Source of the DNA: Phyllobates terribilis
Taxonomy: Eukaryota
DNA length: 64,000 nucleotides
Reading direction: 5' to 3'
NCBI RefSeq assembly: GCF_046119375.1
Contig: NW_027362767.1
Coordinates: forward strand, 434,868,001 to 434,932,000
In this document: positions 34,181 to 45,802 of the stretch, piece after piece
How the letters are laid out: each line of letters opens with the position of its first letter
Position numbering within the stretch: position 1 is the stretch's first letter
Position numbers and translations under genes: made by a program
The notes under the pieces: generated by a model
The model's input: only the letters and a program-made list of their open reading frames with translations
What the model was told of the DNA's origin: nothing
The model's database searches: none

Positions 34181-35661
34181 CTGAACACAAGGCAAGGCCA
34201 GAGGGGGTGTGTCAGGGGTGTAAGCATTAGCACGCCCCCTTTAACCCATTCCAGCCACAGACACTTTTCCATTTTCCCTCCTTTTCTTCCCAAAGTTGTC
34301 ACTTTCTTACTTTTATTTTTGAGGACATTTGTGTCACTTTTTTTTTTTTTGCATTTTTAGGTGAGGTGCAGCCACCAAAATTTTTGTCGTTTTTAATTAT
34401 TTTTCTTTTTGATTTATGCAGTCCCCAATATGCTAATTTTTATTTATTTATTTATTTTTTAATGTGTTCATTTTTTAAATTGGGGAAAAGCCAATTTTTA
34501 TCATCTAATTTTTAAAACATTTTTAAAAACTTTTTTTTTTTTTTTTTACTTTAGACATTATAAGGGACTTTAATAACTTGTGAATGTTTGATCGCTTGTA
34601 CTTTATACTGCAATGTCTATGAGGGAAAGAGGAGAGTCTCCAGGACACAATGGGGCCGGTATAAGGGGTACCACATGGAGCCTGAAGCCCCCTCTGCCTT
34701 CTGAGAAGACCCCAGAACTACACCTGGTAGATGGGATGGATGAGGAAAGGGTTAATGGATGAGCAGGGGGGGGGGGGTGCCACATTTTATATCTCTTATT
34801 GCAATGAATTGAACTACTGCCATGATCAGCTGGGACTTGTGGTTCTTCTGCAAGAGATATAAAGAGAGGCATGATGGGACTTTGGTTCCACAATCCCTGT
34901 GGCCTCGTTGCTGATACGTAATGACCCCCACATACACGTAGCGCTCTTATTTGAGCTGATTTGCATAGCCCCGCCCCTTTGTCTCATTGAATTAGGTTAT
35001 TTTTAGCTGAATGTTTTCTGCTGAATTTATTTTTAGCGGAGGATTAATCATTAAAAACTGAACAAGCAGTGCAGATCAAGCTGTCATCAATCACAAAATG
35101 TAATAACCAGAGTAATATACCCCCCAGCAGACGTCATGGCTGGTGGGGGTTATGTTCCCCCCGCCAGAGCTTTATATTTCATATCGAATGCGGACGTGAC
35201 GACTCCGACCGTCTGATCTGAACTCCCCGAATCCAGAGCAAAGGGGAAAAGTGTCGAGAATAACAAAACTATAAAACTGAGCGGACGCAGCAATGAGCGA
35301 TAACCAAGGGCTGGACACAAGACAAACCTTACAATACTGCCTAAAAACCGCCACACGGAGCTGAAATAATACCGCCAGACAGTACTCAATAATACCGTCA
35401 TACAGTGACAATACCGCCATACACTGCTGATATATTACTGCTATATAGAGGCCAAATAACACCCTGCACAGGGCAGCTGGCTGCAGTAGGAGTAAAATAT
35501 AAACCACGCCCTTTCTATGCCCCGCCCCTTTGCCAGGTTCCATAACTTGACACTGAGCGCAGGATATTAACCCTTGAATCTGCAGGCTGACGACCACTGG
35601 GGCCACGTCTGCTGTTTACCGTTCTCATTCTTTCGCTGTTGCTGATGTGGTCGGGCCGATT

Positions 35662-35811
35662 AGGCCACGTTCACACGTTCAGTATCTGGTCAGTATTTTA
35701 CATCAGTATTTGTAAGTCAAAACCAGGAGTGGGTGAAGTGTTTCTATTATACGTTTCCTCTGATTGTTCTTCTCCTGGTTTTGGCTTACAAATACTGATG
35801 TAAAATACTGA
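35662..35811. mobile_element. Truncated palindromic MITE
   Basis: Starts TTA|GGCCACGTTCACACG; 39-bp inverted arms (about 35691-35729 and 35772-35810) with 1 mismatch. Confidence 0.65.
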
Positions 35812-36424
35812 AGGTGGCCCTACTATACGGGTACGCAGCCGCCTGCGCAGTGATGTGCTCTCATAGTGACGCCGCTCCTGCCGTCTGCAGTGTGATATCT
35901 GTATACAGCGGCGGCGGGGTCCAGGCGGGAATGTCTGCCGCCAGACACGAGGACGCTCCCTATAAAGCTCCAGATTTGTAGCCTCCGGGGAGATTTTCAG
36001 AAATCCTGGGATAATAACCCAAGCGGCTCATTACAGGGTGACGCCACAGCCGCCCGCGCTGCTGCAGGTCACTTATACAGAGACGACTGTAAGGAGTCAG
36101 TCAGCGGGTGCAAATATGGCGTCCGCTCAGCTGCCCCACGTGTACGAATAAGGAGACCCGAACATTCCCCCCGACCGCCATAACCAGTGGGGGCACTCAC
36201 CGGCCGAATACCCCGCCGGCCCTTTAACATTGCATCTAAGTAAAAGCAAAGATCTTACACTCCCCAGAACGAGGAGCGATGGAATCCTGCTAAGAACAAG
36301 AACAGAACACCACACCCCGCGCCACGTCCTGCCAACTGCTCCACAATAATCCCTTGTGTAATCTGCCCCCCAGGCCTGGCACCGGCCCTCACAGCGAGCA
36401 CAGTGATGATAGGTGCCTTCTGTG

Positions 36425-39400
36425 CCTCCTTCTGGCCCCCACAACCTCTGTACCCCACACCCTCCGCTGTCAGCACTTGCCCTCCGCTGCCGGCACTCAC
36501 CCTCCGTACCCTGCACCCTCCGCTACTGGCACTCGCCCTCTGTATCCCGTACCCTCCGCTGCCGACACTCACCCTCTGTATCCCGCACCCTCCACTGCCG
36601 ACACTCGCCCTCTGTATCCTGCACCCTCCACTGCTGCCACTCACCCTCTGTAGCCTGCACCCTCTGCTACTGGCACTCGCCCTCTGTATCCCGCACCCTC
36701 CCCTGCCGACACTCACCCTCTGTATCCCGCACCCTCCACTGCCGACACTCGCCCTCTGTATCCTGCACCCTCCACTGCTGCCACTCGCCCTCTGTATCCC
36801 GCACCCTCCGCTGCCGACACTCACCCTCTGTACACAGCACCCTCCACTGCTGCCACTCGCCTTCTGTATCCTGTACCCTCCACTGCTGGTACTCACCCTC
36901 TGTATCCCACACCCTCTACTGCTGCCACTCACCCTCTGTATCCCGCACCCTCCGCTGCAGACACTCGTCCTCTATATCCCAAACCCTCCGCTACTGGCAC
37001 TTGCCCTCTGTACACCACACCCTTCACTGCCGACACTCACCCTCTGTACACCGCACACCTCGCTGCTGGCACTCGCCCTCTGTACACCGCACCCTCCACA
37101 GCTGGAACTTGCCCTCTGTACCCTGCACCCTCCGCTGCTGGAACTCGCCCTCCATCTCCTGCACCCTTCGCTGCTGGCACTCGCCCTCTGTATCCCGCAC
37201 CCTCCGCTGCTAGCACTCTCCCTCTGTACACCGCACCCTCCGCTGCCGGCACTCACCCTCCGTACCCTGCACCCTCTGCTGCTGGCACTCGCCCTCTGTA
37301 TCCCTCACCCTCCACTGCTGCCACTCGCCCTCTCTATCCTGCACCCTCCACTGCTGGCACTCGCCCTCTGTATCCCGCAACCTCCACTCCTGCCACTCGC
37401 CCTCTTTATCCTGCTCCCTCCACTGCTGGCACTTGCCCTCTGTATCCCGAACCCTCTGCTGCTGGCACTCGCCCTCTGTACACCGCACCCTTTGCTGCCG
37501 ACACTCGCCCTCTGTACACCGCACCCTCCACTGCTGGCACTTGCCCTCCGTACCCTGCACCCTCCGCTGCTGGAACTCGCCCTCCATACCCTGCACCCTC
37601 CACTGCTGGCACTCGCCCTCTGTATCCCGCACCCTCCACTGCTGGCACTCGCCTTCTGTACGCTGCACCCTCCACTGCCGACACTCACCCTCTGTACACC
37701 GCACCCTCCACTGCTGCCACTCGCCCTCTCTATCCTGCACCCTCCACTGCTGGCACTCGCCCTCGGTATCCCGCACCCTCCGCTGCCGACACGCACCCTC
37801 CACTGCTGCCACTTGCCCTCTGTATCCTGCACCCTCCACTGCTGGCACTCGCCCTCTGTATCCCACACCGTCCACTGCTGCCACTCGCCCTCTGTATCCC
37901 GCACCCTCCGCTGCTGGCACTCGCCCTCTGTATCCCGCACCCTCCGCTGCTGGCACTCGCCCTCTGTATCCCAAACCCTCTGCTGCTGGCACTCGTCTTC
38001 TGTATCCCGCACCCTCCGCTGCTGGAACTCGCCCTCCGTACTCTGTATCCTCTGCTACTGGCACTCGCCCTCTGTATCCCACACACTCCACTGCTGCCAC
38101 TCGCCCTCTGTATCCCGCACCCTCCGCTGCTGGCACTCGCCCTCTGTATCCCGCACCCTCCGCTGCTGGCACTCACCCTATGTATCCCAAACCCTCTGCT
38201 GCTGGCACTCGCCCTCAGTACACCGCACCCTCTGCTGCTGGCACTCGCCCTCTGTACTCCGCACCCTTTGCTTCCGGCACTCGCCCTCTGTACACCGCAC
38301 CCTCCACTGCTGGCACTTGCCCTCCGTACCCTGCACCCTCCGCTGCTGGAACTCGCCCTCCGTACCCTGCACCCTCCGCTGCTGGCACTCGCCCTCTGTA
38401 TCCCTCACCCTCCGCTGCTGGCACTCGCCCTCTGTACACTGCACCCTCCACTGCCGACACTCACCCTCTGTACACCGCACCCTCCACTGCTGCCACTCGC
38501 CCTCTCTATCCTGCACCCTCCACTGCTGGCACTCGCGCACTGTATCCCGCACTCTCCGCTGCCGACACTCACCCTCTGTACACAGCACCCTCCACTGCTG
38601 CCACTCGCCCTCTGTATCCTGCACCCTCCACTGCTGGCACTCGCCCTCTGTATCCCACACCCTCCACTGCTGCCACTCGCACTCTGTATCCCGCACCCTC
38701 CGCTGCTGGCACTCGCCCTCTGTATCCCGCACCCTCCGATGCTGGCACTTGCCCTCTGTATCCCAAACCCTCTGCTGCTGGCACTCGCCTTCTGTATCCC
38801 GCACCCTCCGCTGCTGGAACTCGCCCTCCGTACTCTGTACCCTCTGCTACTGGCACTCGCCCTCTGTATCCCACACCCTCCACTGCTGCCACTCGCCCTC
38901 AGTATCCCGCACCCTCCGCTGCTGGCACTCGCCCTCTGTATCCCGCACCCTCCGCTGCCGGCACTCACCCTCTGTACACCGCACCCTCCACTGCTGCCAC
39001 TCGCCCTCTCTATCCTGCACCCTCCACTGCTGGCACTCGCGCACTGTATCCCGCACTCTCCGCTGCCGACACTCACCCTCTGTACACAGCACCCTCCACT
39101 GCTGCCACTCGCCCTCTGTATCCTGCACCCTCCACTGCTGGCACTCGCCCTCTGTATCCCACACCCTCCACTGCTGCCACTCGCACTCTGTATCCCGCAC
39201 CCTCCGCTGCTGGCACTCGCCCTCTGTATCCCGCACCCTCCGATGCTGGCACTTGCCCTCTGTATCCCAAACCCTCTGCTGCTGGCACTCGCCTTCTGTA
39301 TCCCGCACCCTCCGCTGCTGGAACTCGCCCTCCGTACTCTGTACCCTCTGCTACTGGCACTCGCCCTCTGTATCCCACACCCTCCACTGCTGCCACTCGC

Positions 39401-40095
39401 CCTCAGTATCCCGCACCCTCCGCTGCTGGCACTCGCCCTCTGTATCCCGCACCCTCCGCTGCCGGCACTCACCCTCTGTACACCGCACCCTCCACTGCTG
39501 CCACTCGCCCTCTGTATCCCGCACCTTCCGCTGCTGGGACTCGCCCTCTGTATCCCGCACCCTCCCCTGCTGGCACTCACCCTCCATACCCAGCACCCTC
39601 CACTGCTGGCACTCGCCCTCTGTATCCTGCACCCTCCACTGCTGGCACTTGCCCTCTGTATCCTGCACCCTCCACTGCTGCCACTTGCCCTCTGTATACC
39701 GCACCCCCTGCTGCAGACACTCGCTCTCTGTATACCGCACCCTCCACTGCTGGCACTCGCCCTCTGTATCCTGCACCCTCCGCTGCTGGCACTTGCCCTC
39801 TGTATCCTGCACCCTCCACTGCTGCCACTTGCCCTCTGTATACCGCTCCCCCTGCTGCAGACACTCGCTCTCTGTATACCGCACCCCCTGCTGCAGACAC
39901 TCACCGTCTATACCCCATACCCTTCACTGCTGGCACTCACCCTCTGTATACCGCACCCCCTGCTGCAGACACTCACCCTCTGTACCCCGCACTCCCTGCT
40001 GCAGACACTCGCCCTCTGTATACTGCACCCCCTGCTGCAGACACTCACCCTCTGTACCCCACACCCTCCACTGCTGGCACTCGCCCCCTCACCCC
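36425..40095. repeat. 36-bp C-rich satellite (GGCACTCGCCCTCTGTATCCCGCACCCTCCGCTGCT)n
   Basis: About 100 tandem units; source of the 1251, 888 and 626 aa repetitive ORFs. Confidence 0.97.
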
Positions 40096-41284
40096 TTGAT
40101 CCTTCTCGTGTCATGTGTCGGCCCAGTCTCTTATTTCCTGCATCTTGACCTTATTTAACCCACCAGGAGTTGGCGTCGTTCTCGCGGGTCGTGTGCTGGC
40201 AGCGGCCCCCTGGCATTTTCCTGCGGAGTCATAGGGCAGTGGTGAAACCAGAATCTCATGGACCCCAATGCAAACTCTCCAGCAGGACCCCGACTATTAA
40301 TTTCTTAAACTTTAATAGTGTGGTCTTTCTGGGCGCCCCTACATGTGCTGCAATGATCAGAGACATGGTGACCCTCGCCCGCTCACCTGTGTCCTCCTGA
40401 GTGTAAGGCCCTGGTGCCACCTGTGCCGTCATTACTTGTGCCCTCCCCTATGATGCGGTGGCCCCCGGCTATAGTTGAAGGGGCAGCGGACAGTTTTCTG
40501 GAAATGACGCATTCATGGTTGTAATAATAATACGTTTTGCGACTTTCTAATGTTTTTTTTTTTTGCGTCATTTTAAAGATCTCTGCTTGCTGTCAGTGAA
40601 CGAGAACATTCCCTGTTCATATATTATGTATGGGAGGTGTGACAGGTAGCTCGGGGTTAATGGCCCGATCCTGGGAATCCCGACACCCCGGTCTATCCCG
40701 ACATTCTGGTTTTGGATCTTGTTATGGGCGGCTCATCCAGAAAAGCGGCTACCGGACCCCCGAGGATGAAGCATGATGGTGAAGACGATGAAGCTGGAAA
40801 CCTATCACTGATCCTCGTGCTGAGATGACTTTCGGGATCATTTTTCACCTTTTTTCCCTCACTCCCGGTTTCCATGGTGATTCACGTAAGAAGGCGAAAT
40901 GGTCTCCATGGAAACCTCGCCTGTATTCCAGGCCTGTGATCGATTATGGATCATGACTCTCCATAGCCACCACGCGCCCCCCGGACAGTATAACATCCCC
41001 ATCAGAATTTATATATTGCCCCACACAGTGTCCACATTCGGCCTCCCCGGAGCCGACCAGTCCGAGCCGTGGACAATCCCTTTAAATGTCCTGATTTTGG
41101 CCACTGAAATGTCGTACATCAGCTTTATGGAGACAAACAGTCCGGACTGCGCTGATACATTGTGACAAATATGACAGGTTGGCGCGGCCGAAGCATCAGC
41201 CGCCCCCAGGGAGGGAGCGCCACAGACTGCTGCCATCGAGGCCGTACAGCTCCACACTGAGGGGTAGCAATGTGCACACCATGG

Positions 41285-42200
41285 TCCTGTGCCCTGTATG
41301 GTGGTATTATTCATGCTGTGGTAGCATTGTGTCCTGTATTGTGGTATTTATGTCCTGTATTGTGGTATTTGTGCACTGTATATGGTGGTATTGTTGCACA
41401 GTATGGTGGTATTTTTGCACAGTATGGTGGTATTTGTGCACTGGTGGTATTTGTGCACTGTATGGTGGTATTTGTGCACAGTATGGTGGTATTCATGCCC
41501 TGTATGGTGGTATTTGTGCACAGTATGGTGGTATTTGTGCCCTGTATGGTGGTATCTGTGCCTTGTATGGTGGTATTCGTGCCCTGTATGGTGGTATTTG
41601 TGCACAGTATGGTGGTATTTGTGCCCTGTATGGTGGTATCTGTGCCTTGTATGGTGGTATTCGTGCCCTGTATGGGGGTATTTGTGCTCCATATAGTGGT
41701 ATTTTTGCACAGTATGGTGGTATTTGTGCACTGTGTGGTGGTATTTTTGCACAGTATGGTGGTATTTGTGCACAGTATGGTGGTATTTTTGCACAGTATG
41801 GTGGTATTTGTGTCTTGTATGGTGGTATTTGTGCATGGTTTGGATGTATTTGTCCACAGTATGGTGGTATTTGTGCACAGTATGGTAATATTTGTGCCTT
41901 GTATGGTGGTATTTGTGCCCTATATGGTGGTTTTGCACTGTATGGTGGAATTTGTGCCCTGTATGGTTGTATTTGTGTCCTGTATCGTAGTATTTGTGTC
42001 CTGTATGGTGATAATCGTGCCCTGTATGGTGGTATTTGTGCCCTGTATGGTGATAATCGTGCCCTGTATGGTGGTATTTGTGCCCTGTATGGTGGTATTC
42101 GTGCACGGTTTGGTGGTATTCGTGCCCTGTATGAAGGTATTTGTCCACTGCTGGTAGTATTGTGCACAGTTTGGTAGTATTGTGCACAGTTTGGTGGTAT
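41285..42200. repeat. 21-bp minisatellite (TGTATGGTGGTATTTGTGCCC)n
   Basis: Directly visible tandem array with degenerate edges. Confidence 0.93.
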
Positions 42201-43011
42201 ACACATTGAAGCACGATATTTATGCACTGTATGGTGGGCATTACATAGGATTGTGCATAGCCTATGTGTGTCACTGTGATTGGGCGCCATAGTGTGTGGT
42301 CTGGTTATCGGTGCCCTGTATGGCCGTGCTCTATCGGCCCCTTGTGCAGCTGGTAAGTTTGGCTTATAGAGAATAGTCTGGATACGACTGTAACAAACCA
42401 TCAGCTCCGGCACGGTTTATGACTGTGCACCCCAGAATCTGCCCCTGTCCGTGGAGGACTTACTATTTCCAGTCGGAGCCGTCTCATTCTAAAATTTCCA
42501 GGTTCTGCCGCCAAGATCAGAATGTACGAACCACATGTGAGCCCCATGAATCAGCGCCAGATGTGCACCGCCTCTCCGCCAGCCAGTCACAGGCCGCGGC
42601 TGGAAGCGCTGCGTAACGCCTGGTCCATAAACAGCGGCTGTGGGGGTCATTCACTAAACAGGTGACAGATTCTACATGTAGCTCATAAGTAAAAGGGCGC
42701 AGCATTCGCCGGACGAGGACATACAGAAGATATCTGACCCCACACATAGCGCCCCCTCCTGGCTGGGCAGTGTCACTGCAGTACAGAGGACGGTGGGCAA
42801 TGGAAACCTCTCAGTAGTCGTGGCTGCTCCGCAGAGTATACAGCGACCACGTGGTGTCAGAACAAATATATATTAGTCACACGCTCCGTCCTCAGCTGCT
42901 CACATTACATAATTCACCTTCACAGAAGGCGCGGCCGTTACTGCCGGACACGGAGCATTTATAAAATAACCTCCAAATCATCAGTGTCATGTCCTATCCT
43001 CTGGACATAGC

Positions 43012-44285
43012 CTCCAGAGCTGCACTCACTATTCTGCTGTTACATCTTCTCTTATCATCCAGTCACCTCCAGAGCTGCAGTCACTATTCTGCTGTTACAT
43101 TGTGTCTTATCCTCCAGTCACCTCCAGAGCTGCAGTCACTATTCTGCTGTTACATCGTGTCTTATCCTCCAGTCACCTCCAGAGCTGCAGTCACTATTCT
43201 GCTGTTACATCGTGTCTTATCCTCCAGTCACCTCCAGAGCTGCAGTCACTATTCTGCTGTTACATCGTGTCTTATCCTCCAGTCACCTCCAGAGCTGCAG
43301 TCACTATTCTGCTGTTACATCGTGTCTTATCCTCCAGTCACCTCCAGAGCTGCACTCACTATTCTGCTGTTACATCGTGTCTTATTCTCCAGTCACCTCC
43401 AGAGCTGCAGTCACTATTCTGCTGTTACATCGTGTCTTATCCTCCTGTCACCTTCAGAGCTGCAGTCACTGTTCTGCTGTTACGTCGTGTCTTATCCTCC
43501 AGTCACTTCCAGAGCTGCAGTCACCGTTCTGCTGTTACATCGTGTCTTATCCTCCAGTCACCTTCAGAGCTGCAGTCACTATTCTGCTGTTACATCGTGT
43601 CTTATCCTCCAGTCACCTCCAGAGCTGCAGTCACTATTCTGCTGTTACATCGTGTCTTATCCTCCAGTCACCTCCAGAGCTGCAGTCACTATTCTGCTGT
43701 TACATCATGTCTTATCCTCCAGTCACCTCCAGAGCTGCAGTCACCGTTCTGCTGTTACATCGTGTCTTATCCTCCAGTCACCTTCAGAGCTGCAGTCACC
43801 ATTCTGCTGTTACATCGTGTCTTATCCTCCAGTCACCTCCAGAGCTGCAGTCACTATTCTGCTGTTACATCGTGTCTTATCCTCCAGTCACCTCCAGAGC
43901 TGCAGTCACTATTCTGCTGTTACATCATGTCTTATCCTCCAGTCACCTCCAGAGCTGCAGTCACTATTCTGCTGTTATATTGTGTCTTATCCTCCAGTCA
44001 CCTCCAGAGCTGCAATCGCTATTCTGCTTTTACTTCATGTCTTACACTCCAGTCACCTCCAGAGCTGCGGTCACTATTCTGCTTTTACTTCATGTCTTAT
44101 ACTCCAGTCACCTCCAAAGCTGCAGTCACTATTCTGCTGTTACATTGTGACTTATCCTCCAGTCACCTCCAGAGCTGCAGTCACTATTCTGCTCTTACAT
44201 TGTGACTTATCCTCCAGTCACCTCCAGAGCTGCAGTCACTATTCTGTTCTTACATCGTGTCTTATCCACCAGTCACATTCAGAAT
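43012..44285. repeat. 55-bp satellite (about 23 copies)
   Basis: Unit GAGCTGCAGTCACTATTCTGCTGTTACATCGTGTCTTATCCTCCAGTCACCTCCA. Confidence 0.95.
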
Positions 44286-44295
44286 GATTAGCAGG

Positions 44296-45802
44296 GGTAA
44301 ATATATCGGGGTCAGTATATTGGGGGGTCAGTATATCAGGGTCAGTATATTAGGGTCAGTATATTGGGGGGGTCGGTATATCTGGGTCAGTATATTGGAG
44401 GGGGTCGGTATATTAGGGTCAGTACTTTGGGGTCAGTATATCGGAAGGTCGGGATATTAGGGTTAGTATATTGGGGGGTCGGTATATCAGGGTCAGTATA
44501 TTAGGGGGTCGGTATATCGGGGTCAATATATCAGAGTCAGTATTTTGGGGTCACTATATCGGGAGGTCGGGATATTAGGGTCAGTATATTGGGGGGTCGG
44601 TATATCGGGGTCAATATATCAGAGTCTGTATTTTGGGGTCAGTATATCGGGGGTCAGTATATTAGGGTCAGTATTTTGGGGTCACTATATTGGGAGGTCG
44701 GGATATTAGGGTCAGTATATTGGGGGGTCGGTATATCAGGGTCAGTATATTAGGGGGTCGGTATATCGGGGTCAATATATCAGAGTCGGTATTTTGGGGT
44801 CAGTATATCGGTGGTCAGTATTTTGGGGTTACTATATCGGGAGGTCGGGATATTAGGGTCAGTATATTGGGGGGTCGGTATATCTGGGTCAGTATATTGG
44901 GGCGGTCGGTATATTAGGGTTAATATTTTGGGGTCACTATATCGGGAGGTCGGGATATTAGGGTCAGTATATTGGGGGGTTGGTATATCAGGGTAAGTAT
45001 ATTGGGGGGTCGGTATATCGGGGTCAATATATCAGAGTCGGTATTTTGGGGTCAGTATATCGGGGTCAGTATATTAGGGTCAGTATTTTGGGGTCACTAT
45101 ATCGGGAGGTCGGGATATTAGGGTCAGTATATTGGGGGGGTCGGTATATCAGGGTCAGTATATTAGGGGTCGGTATATCGGGGTCAATATATCAGAGTCG
45201 GTATTTTGGGGTCAGTATATCGGGGGTCAGTATTTTGGGGTCACTATATCGGGAGGTCGGGATATTAGGGTCAGTATATTGGGGGGTCGGTATATCAGGG
45301 ACAGTATATTGGGGGTCGGTATATCAGGGTCAGTATATTAGGGTCAGTATATTGGGGGGTCGGTATATCTGGGTCAGTATATTGGGGGGTCGGTATATTA
45401 GGGTCAGTATTTTGGGGTCACTATATCGGGAGGTCGGGATATTAGGGTCAGTGTATTGGGGGTCGGTATATCAGGGTCAGTATATTGGGGGGTCGGTATA
45501 TCGGGGTCAATATATCAGAGTCGGTATTTTGGGGTCACTATATCGGGAGGTCGGGATATTAGGGTCAGTATATTGGGGGGTCAGTATATCTGAGTCACTA
45601 TATTGGGGGGGTCGGTATATTAGGGTCAGTATTTTGGGGTCACTATATCGGAAGGTCGGGATATTAGGGTCAGTGTATTATGGGTCGGTATATCAGGGTC
45701 AGTATATTGGGGGGTCGGTATATCGGGGTCAATATATCAGAGTCGGTATTTTGGGGTCAGTATATCGGGGGTCAGTATATTAGGGTCAGTATTTTGGGGT
45801 CA
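44296..45802. repeat. G/T-rich composite minisatellite built from 16-20 bp GGGTC(A/G)GTATATT-type subunits
   Basis: Directly visible; abuts the 55-bp array. Confidence 0.9.

Noticed and set aside
36403-40158. 1251, 888 and 626 aa ORFs, including a mucin-like (YPAPSTAGTRPL)n frame
   Set aside because: All three + frames are open because the 36-bp unit lacks stops, the repeat switches frame at indels, and there is no splice or start context
41179-42274. Gly/Tyr/Cys-rich 332-aa ORF resembling a keratin-associated protein, and a His-rich antisense ORF
   Set aside because: Products of a 21-bp repeat that is open in several frames on both strands, with a frame switch at a 16-bp unit
42502-42661. 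Possible + strand exon (ttccag|...|gtgac) with an open frame
   Set aside because: Weak donor, unrecognised peptide, and no compatible neighbouring exons established
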